From: Octopus sinensis
Lineage: Eukaryota
Direction of reading: 5' to 3'
Length of the DNA: 64,000 nt
Assembly: GCF_006345805.1 (NCBI RefSeq)
Contig: NC_043011.1
Location: forward strand, 47,566,464 to 47,630,463
The translations under genes were made by a program, and so were the position numbers. Within the stretch, counting starts at the first letter, position 1; every line of letters begins with the position of its first letter. The notes below the pieces were generated by a model. The model did not search any database. It was not told the DNA's origin and saw nothing but the letters and a program-made list of their open reading frames with translations. This document shows positions 52,790 to 64,000 of this stretch, piece after piece.

Positions 52790-53190
52790 TTATTATTATT
52801 ATCATTGCCTTTGCACAGCTTCTAACGCTGGAGATGTACTACAGTGTCAGCTGCTCCCTACCACTGAACTAAGGTAACACCTCTCATTTTTCGAGCACCT
52901 TCCAGAGTATTCGAGTGGTTCTAAGCAGTGCTGCTTTCTTCAAGTGCTCCACCCTTATTGCAGCCCCTATTTGTTCCACGTACTTCTCGAGATTTTTGCT
53001 CACTGTTCCTAGGGCTCCAACAATTATTGGTACTACTGCCACCTTTTTCATCGACCACAGCTGCTTAACTTCCCAAGCTAACCTGTCATATCTCTCAACT
53101 TTCCGTTCTTCCTTATCGCATATCTTGTTGTTAGCTGAGCATGCTATATCTATGATCCAGCAGAGTTTGTTTTCTTTCTCAATTAAGACT
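52790..53190 (-). mobile_element. 3' end of a second, different RLE-type (R4/Dong-like) element
   Basis: Uninterrupted frame VLIEKENKLCWIIDIACSANNKICDKEERKVERYDRLAWEVKQLWSMKKVAVVPIIVGALGTVSKNLEKYVEQIGAAIRVEHLKKAALLRTTRILWKVLEK* (stop 52884-52886) carries the IID / K..KY / VP...GALG RLE motifs. Confidence 0.88.
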
Positions 53191-53304
53191 ACTATACCAG
53201 TTGAATACTGGGGTCGATGTAACTAACATAGCCCCTTCACCTGGCTTGGACCAACCTACTGACCTTGGATCAAAATTTGTTTCCATTATTATCATCCAAG
53301 TCAA

Positions 53305-53520
53305 AGCAGCAAGCTGGCAGAATTGTTAGCACACCGGGGAAAATGCTTAGCAGTATTTCATCTGCTGCTATGTTTTGAGTTCAAATTCTGCCAAGGTCGA
53401 ATTTACCTTTCATCCTTTTGGGGTTGATTATAAGTGCCAGTTACACACTGGGGTTGATGCAATTGACTTAATCCCTTCCCCCAAATTTGAGTCCTTGTGC
53501 TTCCAGTAGAAAGAAATATT
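53305..53520 (+). mobile_element. SINE family B
   Basis: agcaagctggcagaattgttagc head through ccccaaatttgagtccttgtgc tail. Confidence 0.85.
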
Positions 53521-54067
53521 ATCATCCAAATAAGGTTTGTTCTCTTCCTGTTAGTATTTGTTAGTATTTGATTGAATTAAAAATAATTCAAATCACAATC
53601 TTCGGCTTGCCAAAATCTTATCTCTACTTATATTATCCAGGCTATTTGTTTCTAAAACCTATGATGACATATTTAAGAAAATACATTAATACGTTTGCTA
53701 TACTGATGTATTTCAATTTATATTCATTTGGAAACCTCTCATCACAAAGTTTAACTGTGTTTAACTGTGCAACAGACAGATCTGTCTACTTTCACTTTTG
53801 TACTTTATTCTGCTAAGAAAACTCCAGACTGACAACTTGGTAAAGCTTTCTGAACATGCACACGACAAAGCACATACACACACGCACAGACATATTGATA
53901 CAAACACATTCACACATGCATACACACTACTACATAAATATATGCAAACACAAATATTGGGATACATAAGTGTGTGTGTATGTGTGTGTGTGTACATCCA
54001 CACACACACACACATGTAAATGCACATAACATTGAAAAAGGTACACACGCACACACACAAACAGCTA

Positions 54068-54610
54068 CAAACACACACTACGTCACACACATATTCACAG
54101 ACTCTAACATAGTGCATACATATATACATACACACACTATGTCACACACATATTCACAGACTCTAACATAGTGCATACATATATACATACACACACTATG
54201 TCACACACATATTTACAGACTCTAACATAGTGCATACATATATACATACACACACTATGTCACACACATATTCACAGACTCTAACATAGTACATACATAT
54301 ATACACACACACACTATGTCACACACATATTCACAGACTCTAACATAGTACATACATATATACACACACACACTATGTCACACACATATTTACAGACTCT
54401 AACATAGTACATACATATATACATACACACACTATGTCACACACATATTCACAGACTCTAACATAGTACATACATATATACATACACACACTATGTCACA
54501 CACATATTCACAGACTCTAACATAGTGCATACATATATACATACACACACTATGTCACACACATATTTACAGACTCTAACATAGTACATACATATATACA
54601 TACACACATA
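54068..54610. repeat. 59-bp minisatellite, 9 copies
   Basis: actctaacat recurs at 54101, 54160, 54219 ... 54573. Confidence 0.97.
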
Positions 54611-55207
54611 TATACATACACACATATATACATATACACATATATACATACACACATATATACATACATAATAGAGTCGATGAAGAATAATCGATACAGT
54701 TGAATCAATCAGTTCCAGAATTCTTTAAGCATTTCTAAGCTTTATGAAATAATGAGAAATAGACTTCTAATAGAGTTAGTGAAAATGCACATTTCTATCC
54801 CTACCCTCTGTCCATTACCCCCCGCCACACACACATACACACACACTTCATCCAATATGTACTAGAATTGGAAAATATGGTCTACACTGACTGATACAGT
54901 ATGAACATCTGGGTTTTTTTTCTGGGGGAACGGCAGATGAATATTGTGTATTGATTTAAGTAGCATAACCAGCAATCAACAACATAATTACACATGCACA
55001 CATTATAATGCATGTATGCATGCATGTATGTTTATATGTGTGCATGCATGTGGTGTTAATGTACAAATGGGGGGAAAAAAATACTTGTAGACGTATTCAT
55101 CTCAATTTTGTTGCCTAAATGAAAGCATTCAAGCAAAAGACTTTGAGCTGTGACAGAGTGAATCATCAGCCTCTAATGAATGTATATCTCTATTTATTAC
55201 TTGTTAG

Positions 55208-55257
55208 GGCTGGAGGAAGGGACCAAACTGTATTATTTTTAGGGCCCTCCCAGTTTG
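55208..55257 (+). other. Candidate 50-nt internal exon
   Basis: Acceptor tctctatttattacttgttag| and donor TTG|gtaaga; two frames are open (AGGRDQTVLFLGPSQF and GWRKGPNCIIFRALPV); no partner exons identified. Confidence 0.25.
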
Positions 55258-55614
55258 GTAAGAATGACGCTGTTAACATTTTATATATAATGTTGCAAGA
55301 AGACAAGATTGACATATTCTCATTGGAGAACACTTTCAAAGCCTCTGTTTCCTGAGTCAATGCAAGTTTAGTATAAGATGTCTGGGTTGCATGTGAATAG
55401 TGTGGAACTAGGTGAAAAATGGGCAGTAATGGTGGAAACTGAGTCATCATCTAAAGTTTGGATATTAGCTTTATAAGTATTGAAGAGCTGGTAAAAATAC
55501 CACATAATTTTGGCAATGGGTGATTTTCTTCAGACACTATAGGATCAATCTTCACATATAGACAAATAAAACAAACATATATATTTACATTTATTTATAT
55601 TCTACAGTGTAAGC

Positions 55615-56338
55615 ACCCAGGAGAGAAATGCTGGACATAAGAAGCATCAGATGTAGTGTGCAAGAGAGACGTTTGCGCTGGTATGGTCATGTACTACGCA
55701 TGGATGAAGAGGGATGTGTGAAGAAGTGCCACTCCCAAACAGTTGAAGGTATCCGGTGGAGAGGTAGACCCAGGAAGACATGGGATGAGGTGGTCAAGCA
55801 TGACCTTCAAATGTTGGGCCTCACAGAGGCTATGACGAAAGACCGAGATTTCTGGAGATATGCTGTGATTGCAAAGACCTGACAAATAACGTGAGTTCAT
55901 GGCTGTTTCCTGCACCAGTTTTGCATAGCCCCAGCCCATCCAAAGTACCTTGGATTGCAGAACAACCTGCTGTGCTTACCTTGAATCGTAGGGTGACCTG
56001 CTGTGCTTGAGGAGACCTATTGAGTCAAGTACATCAACATCAAAATAAATATCAAATGGAAATTGTAGTTGTGATACCTCTGCCAGTGGCATGTAAAAAA
56101 GCACCATCCGAACATGGCTGATGCCAGCGCTGCATTGACTGGCTTCTGTGCCGGTGGCATGTAAAAAGCACCCACTACACTCACGGAGTGGTTGGCGTTA
56201 AGAAGGGCATCCAGCTGTAGAAACACTGCAAAATCAGACTGGAGCCTGGTGCAGCCTCCTGGCTTCCCAGACCCCGGTTGAACTGTCCAACCCATGCCAG
56301 CACGGAAAATGGACGTTAAACGATGATAATGATGATGT
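55615..56338 (+). mobile_element. 5'-truncated RTE LINE: last 84 codons plus full 3' UTR and (GAT)n tail
   Basis: MLDIRSIRCSVQERRLRWYGHVLRMDEEG...VEGIRWRGRPRKTWDEVVKHDL...KDRDFWRYAV is the canonical RTE C-terminus; ends ggacgttaaacgatgataatgatgat. Confidence 0.93.
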
Positions 56339-57352
56339 AGGCATTGAAAACTGTGTTCTAACTATTGAATTTATTTTAGAATTTCCTATATATACTGTTT
56401 GTGCAAAAGACATTTATGAAAGAAAAATAAATAATTACGTTTTTTTTTTAATCTGTCATATGGGAACAGATATCTGTATAAATATTGTGATGTAGAAATT
56501 GCAATTCTTCCACATGTTCAGTCTTAGTTGGAAGAACTGTTGTTATATATATTTAAAAAAGGTATTTAGATTTAATCTAAGGTATTTACTAATCAAAATT
56601 GTCAATTCGTATAAAAAACATTATTTCATTTTAATTTTTGGCTTAGTTAAGAGTAAGACATATTTTTGATGAAAACGGAAAATAAATTTTACACACTCAT
56701 ATTCACACACAATTGTAAACACACACACACACACACACACACACATGCACATGCCTGTATATTATTCAATTGTCAATAATAATAATAATAATAATAATGT
56801 TGTTCAAACATGAAGAGGCCTTTGAGCTCATCCAAGTTTTAAATTTTGTGACTTTCTTCTCATGAGAGTGATGTGTCAAAAGTTATTAACAATAATGTTC
56901 ATTACACGGTTAATTATGTAAGAAAGAAGAAAGCAAAGATAAACTTTAGCATGAACTCATTTTAAACATAGCAAATACATAATTACAAAAATATATGAAG
57001 TATATTTCTTAAGGATTGAACTTAAGACAGTAATAATTATAAGGGTCAATGTAAACCTAAGAAGTAAAATTTTAAATCGAATTTTTCTAATCAGAATGCT
57101 GTAAAAAAATACTAATAAATTCATATTTTACAAATTGATGTTAACTGGAATTTCAGAGTGTAAAAAAAATTGTTATTGAATTTGGATTCAAGTTATTTTT
57201 AACTTCACCAAAACAATTTTGTAATGTAAAAAGATACTAGTTTGATCAATTTTGAAATAAAAAAAAAAAGCAAAGACCTCTGCAACAGAAATTCTGATTT
57301 TGGCAGGAGATATTGTTTTATATATATATATATATATTATATATATATATAT

Positions 57353-57383
<31 letters not shown>

Positions 57384-58099
57384 ATATATGTATATATGTA
57401 TGTATATAAGAATAATATTTTTAAATGAGAAGAGAATAAAAGATAGGTAATGAACTTCATTAGCTTACAGCTGTTTCTGCTATTAAGATGAAGTGCACTC
57501 CAGTTTGAATGTCTGGGAATCATCCTATAGCTTCATTGGTGCTTCAGAAATGAAGAGCAATTTTATTTATGGAAGCAATCACAATTATACATACATACAT
57601 ACATATATATATATATATATTTATAAATATATATATGTATGTTTGTATATTGAAAAATATTACCGATGAAAAATGCATAAACATTTGTAAGAAATGAAGT
57701 CAGGAGCTTGATGGGGAGAAACCCCTTCCAGAATATAAGAGCACAGATATATACTCTTATATATATATATATATATTCTTTTACATATTAGGATATATAT
57801 ATATATACACTCTTATATATATATATATATATTCTTAAGTGTTTATGAGAATATAAACACATAAGATGTTCAGGCTAAATTAAACAATTATTTTATGTCT
57901 CCTGTTTTTCAGGAACTTCTCTGTTCACCACTTGTGATTTACATATATATATATAAAAATTAAATAAATATATACATACAAATAGAAATATGTTTTATAT
58001 GAATATTCCACTTAATGGAAAGGGGTTAAGTATTAGAGACACACACACACACACACACACACAGCTGAAACCAAAACACTTATTTTATATTATGTTTGT

Positions 58100-58800
58100 A
58101 AACTTTGACCACAAAACTAAACTTCAAAGCAAATAAAGCAACAAGTTGTGCTTTAGTTCAATTTTCAGCTCGACTGATCGTAGCCTTCCACACCATTGAT
58201 TCTTTCCATTATAATTATGGTGATGGTAGGAAAACTATACCTGCATCATGTATCAGTAAACCTCACTATTACACCATCAATTGTTGGTTGGCTGAAAATA
58301 GTACAGAACCCTATTCCGGAATGACAAATAGTGTGTATCCTATCAACTACAAAAGTTCTAATACAGGATAAAGATTTAGTATCAAGGTTATTGCAATTAT
58401 CAGAACAATTGTTTGTATCCTTTTGTCTCGGGAGACAATGGAGTTGCGCATGAACTAATCCAGTCTGGTTTTTACATTTCATGTCCTCTCCAGGTTCCTC
58501 TCCAGTTTTGCGCATGCCTGGGCTAGATGTTAGAAAATCCTGGGTAGCCCAATTGTCAGGATTCCTCTCTCAACCTTGCTGACGTTGTCCAAAGGAGTTC
58601 AGAGCATTATGTTTGGCACCAGCTTGCTTGCAGGAACTGCCGGAAGAGTGTCAAGTCGAACACTAAACCACCTACGGGACACCACTCTGGATTTCTTTGA
58701 AGATTGTCTCCTTTCCGTAACTCTGGATAGGGACCCATACCAGGTACTGTCAGCCAGAGCCAGCTGAGCCGGGGACTTGTGTCAGGCAGGGTTGTCACTC
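58100..58800 (-). mobile_element. Probable RTE LINE 5' UTR with decayed endonuclease start
   Basis: GC-rich 58500-58800 (ccctatccagagttacgg..., ggtgccaaac..., gggctacccagg) resembles RTE 5' UTRs; the downstream frame has weak APE-like IRT / TICHSG..IGF remnants. Confidence 0.45.
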
Positions 58801-58834
58801 CTTGAATTAGTAAAGAAAATCGCTACCCACTTCC

Positions 58835-59040
58835 AGGCAGAATCATTACTGTGAAAGGTAAAGTGCTGAGTGACATTTTGCCTGTCTTTATGTTCTGAAT
58901 TCAAATGTTGCTGGGGTTGACTTTGCCTTTCGTCTTTTCGGGGGCAATAAAATAAGGACCAGTTGAGTACTGGAGTTGATGTAATCCATTGGGCCCAAAC
59001 CCTGAACTTACTGGCCTTGTGCTAAAACTTGAAGCCCATA
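58835..59040 (+). mobile_element. SINE family B, decayed
   Basis: gttctgaattcaaat...gactttgccttt...ggccttgtgctaaaacttgaa. Confidence 0.75.
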
Positions 59041-59705
59041 GCAATGTCTTCTAATTTAGGTATGAGGTCATTAGAGGAGAGGTTTAACCAATTCCATCAT
59101 CTCTGATACATGGCAAGTGCTTTATTTTTATCAATCCTGGAAAAATTAAGGGCAAAGTTAACCCCAACAGGATCTGAGCTATGAATCTGAAGAAATATTG
59201 TAAAGCATTTTTTACCAAAATTCCAAGAGATTCTGATGGAGATGAAAATGATGATTGCATGGTGATGACAACAATGATAATAATAATAATAATAATGTGG
59301 TGATAATTTTAGCATGAATAGCAAAAACAAAAGAAAATGCCCTTGCTAATCTTGGCCTCTGGAGGATGCCTGGTACTAAGGCAGCTGAAATAAAGTTATA
59401 ATGAAAGGAAACCATAAATAATAATAATAATAATAATAATGGTTTCTTTTATTTTTAATATTAATAATTTCTAAAACTGGATCAAGGCTTACAAATTTTA
59501 TAAAAGGGTGCAACTGATTAAATCAGCCCCAATACTCTACTACTAATTAGTTTAGTGATCCTTTGGAGAACGAAATGCCACATCGGCTGCACAGAGAATT
59601 AAACTCATGAAATAGATTTTAATGAAATTTTCCATTGCTCTGCAATACACTACTTCAGCATTACAGTTGATTAGCACTATCACTATCAACAGTAGTAGTG
59701 GTAGT

Positions 59706-59737
<32 letters not shown>

Positions 59738-59809
59738 TAGTAGCAGTAGTAGTAGTTTTATTAGTGGTGGTAGTGGTAATAATAATAATAATTCTTTTCT
59801 TCATTCTTT

Positions 59810-60340
59810 TATTTCAGTCATTTGATTGTAGCCATGCTGGAGCACTGCCTTTAGTCGAATAAATTGACCTCAGGTCTTATTTTCTGTTTCTTTTTGCTGA
59901 ACTGCTAGGTTACGGTGACATAAACACATTGACATTGGTTGTCAAACAATGGTGGGGAGACAAACAAATATATACATATATATATGACAAGCTTCTTTCA
60001 GTTTCCGTCTACCAAATCCATTCACAAGGCTTTGGTCAGCCCAAGGCTATAGTAGAAGACACTTGCCCAAGGTGCCACACAGTGGGACTGAACGTGGAAC
60101 CATGTGGTTGAGAAGCAATCTCCTTACCACACAGCCACTCCTGTGCCTATGAATAGATCAGTATATATATGTATATATGACAAGCTTCTTTCAGTTTCCA
60201 TCTACCAAATCCACTCACAAGGCTTCGGTCAGCCCAAGAATATAGTAGAAGACACTTGCCCAAGGCACCACACAGTGGGACTGAACCCGGAACCATGTAC
60301 TTGGGAAGCAAGCTTCTTACCACATAGCCACGCCTGCACC
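59810..60340 (-). mobile_element. Two adjacent family C SINE copies (the second 3'-truncated)
   Basis: tatatgacaagcttctttcagtttcc...accacacagccac occurs twice, at about 59980 and 60175. Confidence 0.85.
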
Positions 60341-61504
60341 TTAACACTTCAGAGGGAGTGTATCAGTCGATACCTGCATTCCCAGTATTTGGCCAGTGCT
60401 TTATTATATGGACCCCAAAAGTAAGAAAGAGAAAGCTGGCCTCAATGGGTTTGAACTCAGAATGTAAAAAGAGCCAGAAAAAATGCTGTTAAACATTTTG
60501 TTCTCAGTGCTAATGGTTCTCCCACTTCACTGCCATAATATAAAAAACAACAACAACAACAACAACAAGTATAGCAACAACAACAGCAATAATAATAATT
60601 ACTTATGTTGACATAAAACCTCAAATTTTCATGAAAAGAGTTTAATGATGTGGATCAATCTTCAATACGTTTATAGAGTAATAATGGTACAAAGAAAAGC
60701 AGGAAGAACTAAAAAGAAAAAAAAGAAGTGGAAGAAAAGAAAGGGAGATAGAAAACAAGAAAGGAAAAAAACTGTAAGAAGAAAGAGAGATTGGAAGAAA
60801 GTAAGTGTAGAACCTTAATAACGAGCAGGGAAACTCCCATAATTTGTGAAAGTGAAGAAACATTCGACCCTCTAAATCTGCCAGTTTAAAAAGGTTTTAC
60901 CGTCAATCTGATTCGAAGAATAAATGCTTACCCAGTAAGTAATAACACATTTCTCAAAGAAAGTAATAAAGTATGTAGAGAAGTGTGTCACAGATGGAAA
61001 GGTCAGGTATTGATCCAGAAAGCCATAATTGAAGACTGCACCGAACAGAATGGAGGGAGAAGAAAAAAAGAAAAGCTTGAGTGTGATGTGGATTGGATTG
61101 GATTGGATAGATTACCAGATAGTGTCTGACAGTATTTAGCTATTCTTTGACTGTAGAATCTTTATAGATGAGAAGATGGCACCAATAATAAGCAGGTGTA
61201 TCAAAGATGCCATGAGTTAATGACAAATAACAACTGCAAAGATTCAGTTGAAAGAATGATCGGCAAAAACTAAATCCAGCATCATTAAAGAAGCGATAAC
61301 TCTGACGGTATGTGATTTCTTCAGAAACAAATTGCTGTTTATTTATGGTAACCACAACAAGTATATTTATAGAGAATTGATGACAGACCAAATAGCTGGG
61401 AGAATAAGATGCTGAAAAAACAGGTCACAGGACACACGTTCAAATCTGACGACAGCATTTTGTTTTTGTTCTTGTTTTTCTCTTCTCTTTTCAAGTCTTA
61501 ATTA

Positions 61505-61720
61505 AAGGTGGTGAGTAGACAGAATTGTTAACATGCCAGGAAAAATACTTAGTAACATTATGTCTGTCCTTATATTCTGAGTTGAATTTCTGCCAAGGTC
61601 ATCGTTGCCTTTTATCCTTCCAGGGTCGATAAAATAAGTACCAGTTATGCACTGGGGTGATGTAATCAACTTGCTCCTTCCTCCGAAATTGCTAGTCTTG
61701 TGCCAAAATTTGATATCAGT
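61505..61720 (+). mobile_element. SINE family B
   Basis: aaggtggtgag..cagaattgttaac head through gaaattgctagtcttgtgccaaaatttga tail. Confidence 0.82.
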
Positions 61721-62112
61721 TAAAGGAAGAAAATAAAAAGAAACTTTGATCCAAAAGGCTATTACTGCAGTCTCAGGAATCAATGAAACTAGACTGAGTA
61801 ATTTTCAGTTTAGTTTTGAGCATAATCTGAATGCTTTCTACAATGTGTACACCACTAAAGGCAGTTAAGAGGCAGCCGGTGGATGTTATACCAAGTAATT
61901 AAGTCTTTCAATGAAGAACTGATATCGTCTTTTGGACAGGCACATTGTCTATTTAATTACACTCAAAGGGATGTGGTTGACTTGAGGCAATGATAATCCT
62001 GAACAAATTTGGGAGCAGATGGGCCAGTTGGTATGAGGTTACATAGAGAGAGAGCCTTCACTCATGGCTAGAGGCAATGAATTGACATTTTAGTAAGGTG
62101 TTACCTTTTTTA

Positions 62113-62332
62113 TACAAGGAGGTGCTGAAAAGTTCATGGCTTTAAGGGCATCCCAAAAGGCCTGACTGGAGGCCCACCTTTCAAGTTCTTTTATAGGGCT
62201 TAGAAAAACTGAAGGACCACTGCAATAAGTGTGTGAATCTGAGAGTGGGATATGTTGAATAAAATCATAATTAACTGATCCTCCTGTATTTTCTTTTACC
62301 CAAAACCAAAAACTTTAAACCACCCTTTTGTA
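62113..62332. mobile_element. Mariner-type MITE
   Basis: tacaaggaggtgctgaaaagttc and aactttaaaccacccttttgta termini. Confidence 0.8.
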
Positions 62333-62351
62333 TATAAAATAAATAACAAAT

Positions 62352-62598
62352 ACTCCCTTTTAAAGCCTAGCAAGGCTCATGGGTCTGGTTTCCTGGTTAC
62401 ATTGGCGTATGTGTTCCCCAGCTGGATGGGATGCCAGTCCATTGCAGCATTACTCATTTTTGCCAGCTGAGTGGACTGGAGCAACATGAAATGAAGTGTT
62501 TTGTTCAAGAACACCATATGTCGCCCGGTCCAGTAATTGAAAACACAATCTTACGATCATGATGCTGACACCCTAACCACTAAGCCACGCACCTCCAC
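62352..62598 (-). mobile_element. SINE family E
   Basis: Reverse complement of 50659-50910. Confidence 0.88.
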
Positions 62599-63141
62599 CT
62601 TTTGTATGTACCCATAACCTTTTCATAAGACATATGTAATTAGTATTTGTTACCCAAATATTTGATGAGAAGTTTGAAATGTGATCTACAGTTTACATCT
62701 GAGCTGGGCTTACAACTCTATTTGCACAGGCCTAGCTATGGCAGAATAAATTTGCTCAAGATTCTCTACGGTGTAATGACACTCAGAGCAAAGTGTTTGT
62801 GAAGTAAACCTTGAAACCACGCATCCATGCCTAGACTATAAATATATGAAAATCATTTAAGAAAGACATAAACTAGTTTTATTACACAAGGACTTATTGA
62901 TACTTATTACACAAGGATATACTAAGCAGGCGGGAGAATATTATATTGAACCAGAAGGGCATTTAATGTGAGTTCATATCTGTTGTTTTAACATTGTGTG
63001 ATAAAGTTATGATCAGTTAAGTTATGAAGTTCAGTTATATCAACTGTACCTTGTAGTAAACTTGTAGCTAAGTTAGAAATTAATTTACCTATCTATGAGT
63101 GAGTATATGTGGTGTGTAAATGTGTGTGAGTGTGTGTGAAT

Positions 63142-63174
<33 letters not shown>

Positions 63175-64000
63175 GATGAATGAATACATGTACACGTGTA
63201 GATACATATCATTTACTTTATATTTAAAAATTTAAAGAAAACATGACAAAAATATTTGGATTTTTTTGAAAAATGCTTTTAACTTCGGGTATATTTTACG
63301 TCATATAATAATTTTACAAAGATATATTTTCCCCCCAAGTTTATATTAATATTAATAATATCGACAAGTTCCAATTTACCGTTTGGTTTTAATTTGTAAT
63401 CTGGTTTGTTTTGCGTTTATTATTATTTTTTTTTAGTATTTTTTGCATTTTTTTTTTTGTATTTTTGACATTATTATTATTTCCTGCAAGCAACAAATCA
63501 ATTAATATGACTGATACAATTCAAAAAAAAAAAAAAAACCCAGCTGAAACAGCAAGAGGGATGGTGTGAGGTGAGGTGTGCCAGACAAGTAAACAATGAT
63601 AAAGGGGTTCAAGAGAGTGGGGGGGAACGTAAAAGTTGAATTGAATCCGCAACAACATTTAATGCAATGCAAAACAACAAAGAGTAAAACAAAAAAGACA
63701 AAAAAAATCAGAAGAAAAATGTCATCATCATTGACAACAACAATAAGAAGAACAAAGATATCGCTTTAGTGTGTCATAGAATTTAATTCCTGCCAATGTT
63801 ATTTGATATCTTTAGAAAATACATCCTTATATTAAACAACTTTGATTACATGGACTGTCAATTAGGAGAACATACTTTGCTAGCATATTTCATGTAATTA
63901 TCTGTGTTACATTTTTATGTCTATTAGTGTGAGTATGTATGTATGTATGTATGTGTATGTGTTAGTGTGCCTAGTGTTAGTATATGTATGCTAGTGTCCG

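Overview
AT-rich, microsatellite-laden eukaryotic DNA that looks like an octopod cephalopod genome. This is inferred from the tRNA-derived SINE families, the RTE LINE tails and the (TA)n/(CA)n/(TAT)n load. Nearly all ORFs in the supplied track are microsatellite or repeat artefacts. The window is mostly a nested patchwork of at least five SINE types, RTE and RLE (R4/Dong-like) LINE fragments, a mariner fragment with mariner- and piggyBac-type MITEs, a Helitron-like element, and two minisatellites (98 bp and 59 bp units). The best gene evidence is one minus-strand first coding exon at 11643-11853, with a strong Kozak context and a perfect AAG|GTAAGT donor. Its CC-LL-x-W-II motif resembles the palmitoylated KChIP3/calsenilin N-terminus. 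Downstream exons were not found and probably lie left of the window. The most striking non-coding structure is a perfect 214-bp-arm hairpin at 49724-50156. Other notable items are two tandem SINE arrays sharing the same junction, two RLE-LINE 3' ends stacked in a (TAA)n tract, and a locally templated SINE patch. Repeat boundaries were read by eye and are approximate (about +/-10-20 bp) unless a TSD or TIR is quoted. No database searches were run.
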